The notes under the pieces are model-generated. The model made no database searches. It was not told the DNA's origin and was given only the letters and a program-made list of their open reading frames with translations. Made by a program: the position numbers and the translations under genes. This document shows, one piece after another, positions 41,426 to 51,264 of a stretch of DNA of 64,000 nt (the stretch's first letter is position 1; every line of letters begins with the position of its first letter). This stretch comes from Candidatus Eiseniibacteriota bacterium (GTDB lineage Bacteria > Eisenbacteria > RBG-16-71-46). The stretch spans positions 704,001 through 768,000 of the forward strand of contig CAVSAC010000010.1 in NCBI GenBank assembly GCA_963725865.1, in the 5' to 3' direction.

Positions 41426-42031
41426 ATGATCCGGATCGTCGCCGTCCCTGCGAGGCTCGCCCGGCCACTGTCGTGCGCAGTCGTCGCCCTGCTCGTCCCG
41501 CTGCTCGCGACTGCGGCGCCCTACCAGCGCCGCTGGTCGACCATCGACGGAGGCGGCCTGATCGTCGGGCGCGACTCCCTCAGTGTCTATCGGATCGGCG
41601 CGAGCGTCGGCCAGCCCGACGCCAGCCCGATGACCGGCATGACCGGCGGCGGCTACCGCATCGTCGGCGGGTTCTGGTGCCACGCCGCGAACGTCGGCTA
41701 CCTCGACGCGCCCGGGGTGCCGGAGCCGCAGGTGCTCGCGTTCCGCGCCCTCACTCCGAGCCCCAATCCCAGCCGCGGCACCACCACCCTCGCGTTCGAC
41801 CTGCCCGAGCCGCGCGCGGTCGTGGTGCGGGTGTGCGACGTCCAGGGCCGGCTCGTGCGCGAGCTCGACCGCGCGCAGCGCGCCGCCGGGCACCAACGCC
41901 TGGCGTGGGACGGGCGCGATGGGAGCGGCACGCGGCTGCCGCGCGGTCTGTACTTCGTCCACATCGACGCCGGTCGCGATCGCGCCGTCGTCAAGCTCGT
42001 GCTGCTCGATCCGGAAGGAGGTGCCCGATGA
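41426..42031 (+). CDS. Small secreted protein (TIDGGG...GQPDA...GGFW domain) with FlgD-like tail
   Basis: AAGGAGG RBS; signal peptide; tail PNPSRG...DVQGRLVREL...WDGRD...GLYFVHI. Confidence 0.82.
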   Translation: MIRIVAVPARLARPLSCAVVALLVPLLATAAPYQRRWSTIDGGGLIVGRDSLSVYRIGASVGQPDASPMTGMTGGGYRIVGGFWCHAANVGYLDAPGVPEPQVLAFRALTPSPNPSRGTTTLAFDLPEPRAVVVRVCDVQGRLVRELDRAQRAAGHQRLAWDGRDGSGTRLPRGLYFVHIDAGRDRAVVKLVLLDPEGGAR

Positions 42032-43467
42032 AGCGCGCTCTGCTCGTCCTCGTCCTCGGTCTCGCGGGGCTCGCGCTGCGGGCGCCGCTCGCGTCCGCCG
42101 CCGCGTTGTCCACCGCGTTCACCTATCAGGGGAGCCTCGACCACGCGGGGGTGCCCACCAGCGTGACCTGCGCGTTCTCGTTCAAGCTGTTCGACGCGCT
42201 CAATGGCGGCAATCAGATCGGCGGCACGCTCACGCCCGCGGTCACGCTGATGGAGAACGGGCAGTTCAGCGTGCCGCTCGACTTCGGCGTCGGCGTGTTC
42301 GACGGCAACCAGCGCTGGCTCGAGATCGCGGTGCAGTGTCCCGGCGATCCCTCGTTCTCGACGCTGGCGCCACGCCAGTCGATCACCGCCACGCCCTACG
42401 CGCTGTACGCGCTCACCGGGCCGGGCGCGGGCGGCGGCTTCGTGCTGCCGTTCGCGGGCGCGGTCACGAGCCCGAGCCAGGACGCGCTGCGGATCCAGAA
42501 CAACGCCGCCAGTACCACGGTCTCCGCGATCCATGGCATCTCGGCGGCCACCACCACCGGCGGCACCGGTGCGGTTTTCGGCGAGGCCACCGGGACCTCG
42601 GGAGCGACGCTCGGCGTCTACGGGCTTGCGACCGCGAGCCCGACCGGCACCGGCGTGGTGGGAAAGGCGGGCGCGACCGGCGCCTACTTCGAGTCCTTCA
42701 GCACGACGATCGGTCCCGACTACGCGGGCGTCTACGGCGTCGCCAACGCGCACCCTGGCGTCAAAGGCATCTCGACGCTCGATGCCGGCGTGCTCGGCAG
42801 CGGGTACATCGGCGTATGGGGTCACGGATCGAACAGCTCCGGCGTGTACGGCGAGAGCGCGCCCGGCTTTCCCGGGGTGCACGGCGTCGGCACCACCGGG
42901 GACGGCACCTGGGGGATCTCGTCCAGCGGGCACGGCGTCTTCGGCCAGACCAGCTCGGCGGCGAAGGCGGGGGGCTACTTCACCAACACCGCGGGCGGCC
43001 CGGCGCTGATCGCCAACGGTACCGCGCAGGTGAAGACGCTCCAGATCCTCGGCGCCGACCTCGCCGAGAGCTTCCCGGTCCGCGCGGAAGGCGTCGAGCC
43101 GGGCACCGTGCTGGCGCTGACCGGCGATGAGCAGGGCACGCTCGCGGTGTGCGACGCGCCCTACAGTCCGCGCGTGGCGGGCGTGGCGAGCGGTGCCAAC
43201 GGCCTGCCGGCCGGCGTGGTGCTCGAGGGTCGGGAGTTCGAACGCGCCGGCAAGGTGGCGGTGGCGATGTCGGGGCGCGTGTGGGTGAAATGCGACGCCA
43301 CGAGCGGCGCCATCGGCGTCGGCGACCTGCTCACCTCCGCGCCGCGCGCGGGTCACGCGATGCGCGCTGCGGATCCCGCGCGTGCCACCGGCGCGATCCT
43401 CGGCAAGGCGATGACCTCGCTCGCGCACGGCACCGGCCTGGTGCTGGTGCTGGTGAGCCTCCAGTGA
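42028..43467 (+). CDS. Secreted fibre-like protein with GVxG repeats and tailspike chaperone-like C-terminus
   Basis: ATGA coupling; AFTYQG...LDFG...RWLEI...PRQ...PYALYA; GV(Y/W/F)G repeats; GADLAESF...GRVWVK...GDLLT...GHAM...LGKA. Confidence 0.75.
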   Translation: MKRALLVLVLGLAGLALRAPLASAAALSTAFTYQGSLDHAGVPTSVTCAFSFKLFDALNGGNQIGGTLTPAVTLMENGQFSVPLDFGVGVFDGNQRWLEIAVQCPGDPSFSTLAPRQSITATPYALYALTGPGAGGGFVLPFAGAVTSPSQDALRIQNNAASTTVSAIHGISAATTTGGTGAVFGEATGTSGATLGVYGLATASPTGTGVVGKAGATGAYFESFSTTIGPDYAGVYGVANAHPGVKGISTLDAGVLGSGYIGVWGHGSNSSGVYGESAPGFPGVHGVGTTGDGTWGISSSGHGVFGQTSSAAKAGGYFTNTAGGPALIANGTAQVKTLQILGADLAESFPVRAEGVEPGTVLALTGDEQGTLAVCDAPYSPRVAGVASGANGLPAGVVLEGREFERAGKVAVAMSGRVWVKCDATSGAIGVGDLLTSAPRAGHAMRAADPARATGAILGKAMTSLAHGTGLVLVLVSLQ

Positions 43468-45332
43468 GCGCGCGCGCGCAGTCCGTCGCGCGGACAAGCG
43501 CGGCGGCGTTCGCGCTGATGCTGTCGGCGCAGGTCGCCGGCGCCGTCGGGGTGGCATCCCCGGCGGCCGCGCGTCCGTCGCCCGCGCCCGCGCGCACCGC
43601 GGCGGTCGCCGCGCTCACGTCCGCGCTGGTCGCCTCGTCCGGCGGCGCGGCGGCGGCGGAGCTGCGCACCTCGTGGTCGCCGTCGGGAGCGCTCACGTAC
43701 CTGGGCGCCCCGGGCGGCACGGCGTTCGCGGCTCCGGAGCGGCACCCCGGCCAGCCGGAGGTCGCCGCGCGCGCGTTCGTGCTCGCGCATCGCGACCTGT
43801 TCGGGCTCGGCGGGGCCGGCGCCGACCTGCGCGCCGGGCGCGTGAAGGACCGCGGCGCGCGCCGGTTCACGCGTCTCGACCAGACTCATTTCGACGCGAA
43901 GGTGTTCGGCGCCGAGGCGGTGGTGCAGCAGGATCCCCAGGACGACGTCCAAGCGGTGATCGCCACGCTCGCGGTCGAGGACGGCGATCTGCCGACCGAC
44001 GCCGCGGCCGCCCGGCCGGGGCTCGATGCCACCGCGGCGGCCACGCGCGCCCGCACCCGCGCGGCGGAGCGCGGGGCCTCGCCGTCGGTGAGCATCGGCG
44101 CGCCGGAGCTGGTGTGGTTCGTGCCGCGGCTGATCGGCGATCCGGGGCCCACGCGTCTGGCCTGGGAGGTCGAGGTGCACGACCCCGACTCGCCCGCGCT
44201 GCACGCGCGCTGGTTCCTCGACGCGGCGAACGGCGAGCTGGTGCGCGAGCTGTCGCTGGCGGAGGACGCCCGGGTGCGCCGCATCTACGACATGGCCAGC
44301 GACACCAGCCAGCACACGCCGCCGGTGGCGCGCGGCGAGGGCGGACCCGCGACCGGGATCGCGCAGGTCGACCTGGCGTACCAGTACCTGGGCCTCACCT
44401 ACGACTTCTACGCCGCGCAGAACGGCCGCGACGGCATGAACGGCGCCGGACTTTCGATGGACGCGTGGGTGCGGGTGTGCACCCGGGTGCCGAATTACCA
44501 GTGCCCGTGGCAGAACGCGAGCTGGAACGGCTCCCTCCTGCAGTTCGGCGACGGCTGGGTGGCCGACGACATCGTGGCGCACGAGTTCACCCACGGCGTC
44601 ACGCAGTACGAGTCGAACCTGGTGTACGCGAACGAATCGGGGGCGATCAACGAGGCGCTGTCCGACATCTTCGGCGAGTTCGTCGATCTCGACGACGGCG
44701 TCGGCAACGACGCGGCGGGCGTCCGCTGGCAGGTCGGGGAGGACGGCATCGCCGGCACGCTGCGCTCGATGAGCAACCCGCCGCAGTTCGGCGATCCCGA
44801 CCGGCGCAACAGCTTCTTCTACTACACCGGGACCGACGACGACGGCGGCGTGCACACCAACAGCGGCGTCGCGAACAAGCTGTGCTTCCTGCTCACCGAC
44901 GGCCAGGCGTTCAATGGCCAGGTGGTGAGCGGCATGGGCTGGGCCGCCGTCGAGCAGTTGTTCTACGAGGCGCAGACCAACCTGCTCACCTCGACCGCCG
45001 GCTGGCTGGCGCTCGGCACCGCGCTCGAGCAGTCGGCCATCAACCTCGGCTGGAGCACCGCCGACCAGAACAACCTCTACCACGCCATCCTCGCGGTCGA
45101 GATCGCAGGCAACGCCGACATCGTGTGGGTGGACCTCACCAGCGGCTGCGCCCCGACCGGGCACTCGGTCTGCGGCGCGATCACCGGCCCCTACCACACC
45201 ATCGGGCAGGCGATGACCCTCACCCGCGTGGGCTCGACGGTGATCGTGCGCCCGGGCACCTATCACGCGACGGCGCTCTCGAAGGCCATGACCATCACCG
45301 CCGAGAGCGGCGGGGTGACCGTGGTCCCGTGA
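43464..45332 (+). CDS. M4 (thermolysin-family) metallopeptidase
   Basis: Propeptide; NASW, AHEFTHGV, GAINEALSD and GGVHTNSG. Confidence 0.92.
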   Translation: MSARAQSVARTSAAAFALMLSAQVAGAVGVASPAAARPSPAPARTAAVAALTSALVASSGGAAAAELRTSWSPSGALTYLGAPGGTAFAAPERHPGQPEVAARAFVLAHRDLFGLGGAGADLRAGRVKDRGARRFTRLDQTHFDAKVFGAEAVVQQDPQDDVQAVIATLAVEDGDLPTDAAAARPGLDATAAATRARTRAAERGASPSVSIGAPELVWFVPRLIGDPGPTRLAWEVEVHDPDSPALHARWFLDAANGELVRELSLAEDARVRRIYDMASDTSQHTPPVARGEGGPATGIAQVDLAYQYLGLTYDFYAAQNGRDGMNGAGLSMDAWVRVCTRVPNYQCPWQNASWNGSLLQFGDGWVADDIVAHEFTHGVTQYESNLVYANESGAINEALSDIFGEFVDLDDGVGNDAAGVRWQVGEDGIAGTLRSMSNPPQFGDPDRRNSFFYYTGTDDDGGVHTNSGVANKLCFLLTDGQAFNGQVVSGMGWAAVEQLFYEAQTNLLTSTAGWLALGTALEQSAINLGWSTADQNNLYHAILAVEIAGNADIVWVDLTSGCAPTGHSVCGAITGPYHTIGQAMTLTRVGSTVIVRPGTYHATALSKAMTITAESGGVTVVP

Positions 45333-45472
45333 CGTGTCCTGTCGTGGCATGGAGGCCTGCGCTATCCTCGTCGGCGCCTACGCGCCCGGAACGGTGGACG
45401 GGGAGGCACGCGATCCCGCGCGTGCCTCCCACCCATCCCCACCCGGGTGCTTCGCCTCGGGGACCTCGCGGG

Positions 45473-46072
45473 ATGATCGATCCGCCGGCCGGCAGCGAAC
45501 CTCTCGACTCGACCGCCACTCTGCTCACGCTCGCGCGCGGCGGCGACGGCGACGCGCGCGAACGCCTGTTCGAGCGCTTCCTGCCGGTGCTGCGCCGCTG
45601 GGCGCACCGGCGGCTGCCGCCGCGCGCGCGCGGCCTCGCCGACACCGACGATCTCGTGCAGGTCACGCTCACGCGCGCGCTCGCCCGCCTGCCCGACCTC
45701 GAGCCGCGCCAGGAGGGCAGCTTCCTCGCGTACCTGCGCCGCATCCTGCTCAACGCCGTGCGCGAGGAGATCCGACGCTCCGCGCGGCGCGGCGAGCACG
45801 GCGAGCTGGGCGAGGAGCTGGCGGACCCGCGCGCCTCGGTGGTCGACGAGGTGCTCGGCCGCGAGAAGATGCGCCGCTACGAGGCGGCGCTCGCCCGGCT
45901 CGGCGACGAGCAGCAGCAGGCGGTGATCCTGCGGCTGGAGTTCGGCTACGCACACGCCCAGATCGCCGAGGCGCTCGGCAAGCGCAGCGCCGACGCGGCG
46001 CGCATGACGGTGGTGCGCGCGCTGATGCAGATGGCACGCGCCATGGAGGAGCACGATGAGTCCGATGCCTGA
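45473..46072 (+). CDS. ECF sigma factor
   Basis: ARERLFERF..LRRWA, DTDDLVQ, FLAYLRRILLN; region 4 ILRLEFG...IAEALG. Confidence 0.88.
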   Translation: MIDPPAGSEPLDSTATLLTLARGGDGDARERLFERFLPVLRRWAHRRLPPRARGLADTDDLVQVTLTRALARLPDLEPRQEGSFLAYLRRILLNAVREEIRRSARRGEHGELGEELADPRASVVDEVLGREKMRRYEAALARLGDEQQQAVILRLEFGYAHAQIAEALGKRSADAARMTVVRALMQMARAMEEHDESDA

Positions 46073-47876
46073 GCCTCCGCGCCCCGACGACCTGGAGCTG
46101 ATGCGGCTGGCCGAGTCGATCGCCGACGACACGCCGCGCCCGGTGAGCGCCGACGGCGCGAGCAGCCCGCTGCTGCGTCACCTCGAGGTGATCGCCGAGG
46201 CGGCCGCGGCGTTCCGCGGCGCCGGTCCCGAGCCGGCGGCCGGCGGGACACCCGCGCTGTTCGCGTGGGGACCGCTCGAGGTGCGGCGCGCGCTCGGCGA
46301 GGGCAGCTTCGGCACCGTGTACGCGGCCTGGGACCCGCGGCTGCAGCGCGAGGTGGCGCTCAAGCTGCGCCACGACGACGCCGGCAGCGCACGCCGCTGG
46401 CTCGACGAAGCTCGCGCGCTGGCGCGGGTGCGCCATCCCAACGTGCTGACGGTGCACGGCGCCGACGAGCACGACGGGCGCGTCGGGATGTGGACCGATC
46501 TCGTGGTGGGGCGCGACCTCGAGGCGATCCTGCAGCGGCACGGCCCGTTCTCGGCGCGCGAGGCGTCCGCGGTCGGACTCGAGCTGTGCGCGGCGCTCGC
46601 GGCGGTTCACGCGCGCGGCCTGGTGCACGGCGACGTGAAGACCCGCAATGTGATGCGCGACGAGGGTGACGACTCGCCCGGCCGCATCGTGCTGATGGAC
46701 TTCGGCTCGGCGCACGACGCCGCGCTCGCGATGACGGCGGGGCGCGACGCGTCCATCGGCACTCCGCTCGCGATGGCGCCCGAAGTGCTGCGCGGCGAGC
46801 CCGCCACGCCGGCCGCGGATCTCTATTCGCTCGGGGTGCTGCTGTTCCGGCTCGCGACCGGGCGCTATCCGATCGAGGCCGCGACGCTCGACGAGCTGCG
46901 GCAGAAGCACGCGCAGCGCGCCCGCGCCTCGCTGCGCTCGCTGCGCCCCGAGCTGCCGCGCGGCTTCGTGCGGGCGGTCGAGCAGGCGCTGGCGCCCGCG
47001 CCCCGCGAGCGGTTCGCCGATGCCGCCGCGTTCGAGCGGGCGCTGCAGGCACCGGACGCGGCGCGTGCCGCGACCGCAGCTCGGCGCCCGCTGACGCTCG
47101 CGGTCGCCGCCCTCGCGGCGCTCGCCGTCGTCGCGCTGCTGGTGGTGGCTCCGTGGCGTCCGCGCCCGCGCGGGGGTGCGGGCGCAGGAGCCGCCGCGCC
47201 TGCGGGCACGACCGCGTCCACGGCGATCCCCTCCGCTCCCACCCGCGGCTCCACCGCGTCCGCCGGCGCCGCGCTCACGGTGGCCCCGCCCGCCGGATCC
47301 CAGGTCGGACTGCAGGCCGAGGCCACGCTGTATCGCACCCGCGCCGGCGAGGTCGTGGGACTCGCCTCGGGTGGCGAGATCGAGCCGGGCGACCGCCTCC
47401 ACCTGCTGGTCGCGAGCCCCGAGGCGGTGCACGCCTACGTGCTCGACGAGGACGGCGCCGGCCACGTGGTGGTGCTGTTCCCGTGCGCGGGCGCCGAGGA
47501 GCGCAACCCGCTCGCTCCGGGGGCGTCCCATCGACTGCCGGGCGCCGGAGCGCGACGCGAGCTCAATTGGCTGGTGACGAGCGCCGAGGGCCGTGAGACC
47601 TTTCTGATCGTGATCGCGCGCCGACCGCTCGAGGACCTCGAGCACACGGTCGCGGCGCTGCCGCAGGCGGGATCCGCCGGTGGACTCCAGTACGCCGCGC
47701 TCGACGAGGACCAGCTGCGCCGCCTGCGCGGGGTCACGCGCATCACCCACGACCCGGCGCCGAACACCCCGGCGGATCCGGGCCGGCTCGCCTCGCTCGC
47801 GCGCGCCCTCGGCGCGCGCGCCGACGCGACCGACCTGTGGATCCGACTCGTCCAGGTCGAGAACCCGAAGGACTAG
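46056..47876 (+). CDS. Membrane Ser/Thr kinase with extracytoplasmic DUF4384-like domain
   Basis: GEGSFGTV, VALK, HGDVKTRN, DFG, APE; TM segment; GDRLHLLV...HAYVLDED..G.VVVLFP. Confidence 0.88.
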   Translation: MSPMPEPPRPDDLELMRLAESIADDTPRPVSADGASSPLLRHLEVIAEAAAAFRGAGPEPAAGGTPALFAWGPLEVRRALGEGSFGTVYAAWDPRLQREVALKLRHDDAGSARRWLDEARALARVRHPNVLTVHGADEHDGRVGMWTDLVVGRDLEAILQRHGPFSAREASAVGLELCAALAAVHARGLVHGDVKTRNVMRDEGDDSPGRIVLMDFGSAHDAALAMTAGRDASIGTPLAMAPEVLRGEPATPAADLYSLGVLLFRLATGRYPIEAATLDELRQKHAQRARASLRSLRPELPRGFVRAVEQALAPAPRERFADAAAFERALQAPDAARAATAARRPLTLAVAALAALAVVALLVVAPWRPRPRGGAGAGAAAPAGTTASTAIPSAPTRGSTASAGAALTVAPPAGSQVGLQAEATLYRTRAGEVVGLASGGEIEPGDRLHLLVASPEAVHAYVLDEDGAGHVVVLFPCAGAEERNPLAPGASHRLPGAGARRELNWLVTSAEGRETFLIVIARRPLEDLEHTVAALPQAGSAGGLQYAALDEDQLRRLRGVTRITHDPAPNTPADPGRLASLARALGARADATDLWIRLVQVENPKD

Positions 47877-47890
47877 AGAGCGCGCCTTCC

Positions 47891-50800
47891 GTGACCCCTC
47901 GGATGCTCGGCCGACTCGTGTTCCTCGCGACGCTGCCACTGGCGGCGGCGTTGGTGGCGCTGCCGGCTGCGGCGCGCGCGCCGGATGCGCGTGCGTGGCT
48001 GGCGCTCGCGCGTATCCAATGGGACGCCGCGCGCTATCGCGACGCCGACAGCCTGACCTGGCTCGCGGTCGCCGACCTGCGGGCCCGTCCGCCGCGCTCC
48101 GAGCGCGAGCGCCTCGCGCTGACCGACGCGATCGTGCGCTGCGCGCGGCCCGCGACCGCCGCCGGCTGCGACACCGTGATGGCGTGGGCGCGCTGGGTGG
48201 CCGACCGGCACGACGCCGAGCGCACCGGGAGCGCGCGCGAGCAGGCGTGGCTGCTGGCCGGGCGTGCCTGTCAGCGCGCCAGCCACGGGGACTCGGCGGC
48301 GGCGTGCTTCGAGCGCGCGGCCGCCGCCTTGCGCGCGCGGCCGGATCACACCGCGGACGACGAGGCGCGCCTGCTCGCGCGCATCGCGAGTTACCACCTG
48401 GCGAACGGGCGCACCCGCGACATGGCCCGCTACGCGACGGCGGCGATCGAGGCATGGGACCGCGCCCCCGGCGCGGATTCGCTCACGCTCGCCTTCGCGC
48501 TGGTGTCGCGCGCCCGCATGCGCGCCGAGCGGGGCGCGGCGGACTCGGCCGGCGCCGACCTGGAGGTCGCGCAGCGGGTGCTGCTGACGCGGCTGGGACC
48601 GGATCACGGCGAGCTCGTCTCCCTGTGGCAGACCATCGCGTCGGTGCGCGCCGTGTACGACGACCCCCGGGGCTGCACCGCGGCGATGGCCGAGGCCCTG
48701 CGCATCAACGCGCTCACGCGCCCGCCCGGCGATCAGGAGTTCGGCTTCCTCTACACCCAGGCGAGCGCGTTGTGGAGCGCCTCCGGGGACTACGTGGAGG
48801 CGTGCCGCTACGGCCGGCTCGCGGTGAGCGCCTCCGAGACGCGCTTCGGGCGCGAGAGCGTGCCGGCCGCGCGCAGCCGGCTGGCGCTCGCCAACAGCCT
48901 GCGCCAGCTCGGCGACCGGGCCTCGGCGCTCGCCGAGGCGCGCGAGGCGCTCGCGATCGAAACTCGCATCCTGCCGGAGCTGAACGGAGAGCGCGCCTAC
49001 GCGCTCAGCGTGCTCGGCGCGGTCGAGCTGGATCTCGAGCAGTACGCCGAGGGCTACCAGCACTACCGCGACTCCGCGCGGATCCGCGAGGCGCTGCTGG
49101 GCCCGGAGCATCCGTCCACGCTGCACTCGCTCACCGAGCAGGGCGAGGGCGCGCTCGGGCTCGGCCGCGTCGCGGAGGCGCAGGCGCTGCTCGATCGCGT
49201 GGCCCGCGCCGAGGAGGCACAGGGCCACAGCACCACGCTGCTCGACACCTGGTGCCTGCTCGCCGAGACCCAGCTGCTCGGCGGGCGCGACTCGCTCGCG
49301 CTCGCCACCATGGACCGGGTGGTGAGCGTGGCCGACACGATGTACGGCGCCACCAGCGCGCCCGCGCGGCACCACCGCTGGAACCGGCTGCCGTTCCTGC
49401 GCCATCGGGGCCACGTCGCGCAGGCCCTCGACGAGGCCCTGGCGCTGTCGGTGCTCGAGCGCGAACAGCTCGGCTGGACCAGCATGGCGGTGCCCGAGCG
49501 CGAGGCGCTGGCGGCGGCCGAAGTGCACTCCGACGCGCTCGCCGCCGCGATCGAGCTGGCGTGCTCGCCCGGGCTGCCGGCGGACGCGGCGCGACGCGCC
49601 TGGGATGAGCTCGCGCGCTCGCGCGCGCTGGTGTTCCGCATCCAGGCCGAGCGCCGCGAGCGCCGCGGCGCGAGCGACGCCGGCGCCCGGGCCGCGTTCG
49701 CGCAGGTCGACTCCACCCGCGCCGCGCTCGCGCGCGAGGTGATGGAGCCGATCGAGGGAACGGCGGTGAAGCGGGCGGAGCGCCTCGATTCGCTGCGCCG
49801 CGCGGCGGAGGAGTCGGAGCGCGCGCTGGCGGCCCGACTGCCGGCGCACGCCGACGACGCGCGCGCTCCGGGGATCGCCGCGCTCCTCGCGACGCTGGCG
49901 CCCGACGAGCGACTCGTCGCGTTCGCGCGCTTCAAGCGACTGGAGGCCGACTCCCCGTCCGCCGTGCCGGGCGGCGAGCGCCCGCTGGCGTACGCGGCAT
50001 TCGTGGGGGATCGCGGCGGTCGCGTGGTGGCGGTGCCGCTCGGCGACGCCGCGCCGCTCGAGGCGCGGGTGGCGCGCTGGTTCGCGCTGGTCACCCGCGC
50101 CGCCCATGACTCGACCGGAGAGGCGGCGCTGGAGCGGCGCACCGCAGAGGCGGGCGAGGCGGTGCGCCGCGGCTTCTGGGATCCGCTGGCGCCTCGCCTG
50201 GCCGCCGCGCGACGCGTGGACGTGGTCCCCGAGGGCGCGGTCACCAGCGTGGACTTCGCGGCGCTGCCGGCGCGGCGGGCCACGACGCTCGCCGAGGCCG
50301 GGCCGCTGATCGTGCCGCTCGCCACCGAGCGCGACGTGCTCCCGCAGCCCCACGCGGGGCGCGGCATGCTGGTGCTCGGCGCGCCGGATTTCGACCGCGG
50401 CGGCGCGGCGGCCGAGCCGCTGGCCGCGACCGTGGAGCGCTCCGCGATCCCGGATTCGCTGCGCCTGCACTTCGGCGCGCTGCCCGAGAGCGGCGAGGAG
50501 GCGCGCGAGGCGCTGGCGGCGTTCGACGGTGCCGGAGCGGAGGGGGCGCCCCGGGAGCTGCGGCTCGGCGCGGACGCGAGCGAGGCGGCGCTGCGCCGCG
50601 AGGCGCCCGGCTGCGGACTGCTCCATGTCGCGACCCATGGATTCCTGATCGATGGCGAGCGGCTCGTCGCGCCGGCGACGGGCGAACGCGGCGTGAGCGC
50701 GATCGTCGAGTCGCCGTCCGCCCGCCGCGCGCTGGTCGGAGGCGTGGACTGGTCGGTGGCGGGCCTCGCGCTCGCGGGGGCGAACGTCGCCGGGCCGCGA

Positions 50801-51178
50801 TCGCCCGCGGCCGACGACGGCTACCTCACCGGCGCCGAGATCGTCACGCTCGACCTGCGCCCGGTGCGCTGCGCGGTGCTCTCGGCGTGCCGCACCGGCG
50901 CGGCCCGCGCCGACCGGTTCGAGAGCCTGCAGGGCCTGGAGCGCGCGTTCCGCGGCGCCGGCGTGGGCCAGGTGGTGATGAGCCTGTGGCCGGTCGACGA
51001 CGCCGACGCGCGCGCGTGGATGCGCGCGTTCTATCGCGAGCACCTCGGTCGCGGCCGCTCGGTGGCCGAGGCGGTGCGCGCCGCCGATCTCGAACGCCTG
51101 CGCGCGCTGCGGAGCCCGGGGCGCACGCCGCGCCCGGCGCGCTGGGCTCCGTTCTTCGTGCGCGGCGAGCGCGACTGA
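47891..51178 (+). CDS. Exported TPR-CHAT (caspase-like) protease
   Basis: Signal-like N-terminus; TPRs (LGPEHPST); dyad LHVATHGF and LSACRTG; SLWPVDD. Confidence 0.88.
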   Translation: MTPRMLGRLVFLATLPLAAALVALPAAARAPDARAWLALARIQWDAARYRDADSLTWLAVADLRARPPRSERERLALTDAIVRCARPATAAGCDTVMAWARWVADRHDAERTGSAREQAWLLAGRACQRASHGDSAAACFERAAAALRARPDHTADDEARLLARIASYHLANGRTRDMARYATAAIEAWDRAPGADSLTLAFALVSRARMRAERGAADSAGADLEVAQRVLLTRLGPDHGELVSLWQTIASVRAVYDDPRGCTAAMAEALRINALTRPPGDQEFGFLYTQASALWSASGDYVEACRYGRLAVSASETRFGRESVPAARSRLALANSLRQLGDRASALAEAREALAIETRILPELNGERAYALSVLGAVELDLEQYAEGYQHYRDSARIREALLGPEHPSTLHSLTEQGEGALGLGRVAEAQALLDRVARAEEAQGHSTTLLDTWCLLAETQLLGGRDSLALATMDRVVSVADTMYGATSAPARHHRWNRLPFLRHRGHVAQALDEALALSVLEREQLGWTSMAVPEREALAAAEVHSDALAAAIELACSPGLPADAARRAWDELARSRALVFRIQAERRERRGASDAGARAAFAQVDSTRAALAREVMEPIEGTAVKRAERLDSLRRAAEESERALAARLPAHADDARAPGIAALLATLAPDERLVAFARFKRLEADSPSAVPGGERPLAYAAFVGDRGGRVVAVPLGDAAPLEARVARWFALVTRAAHDSTGEAALERRTAEAGEAVRRGFWDPLAPRLAAARRVDVVPEGAVTSVDFAALPARRATTLAEAGPLIVPLATERDVLPQPHAGRGMLVLGAPDFDRGGAAAEPLAATVERSAIPDSLRLHFGALPESGEEAREALAAFDGAGAEGAPRELRLGADASEAALRREAPGCGLLHVATHGFLIDGERLVAPATGERGVSAIVESPSARRALVGGVDWSVAGLALAGANVAGPRSPAADDGYLTGAEIVTLDLRPVRCAVLSACRTGAARADRFESLQGLERAFRGAGVGQVVMSLWPVDDADARAWMRAFYREHLGRGRSVAEAVRAADLERLRALRSPGRTPRPARWAPFFVRGERD

Positions 51179-51264
51179 GTCGTGCGCGCCGCGATCCGCG
51201 CCGTGTCGGCGCCCGTTCGCCCGGGCCATCGCCCGTTCGCCACTCCCGACTCCGAGGATCCGCC

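Noticed and set aside
41335..45472. Shared ECF promoter between the secreted operon and the first sigma gene
   Set aside because: No convincing common bipartite motif found by eye, unlike the second module.
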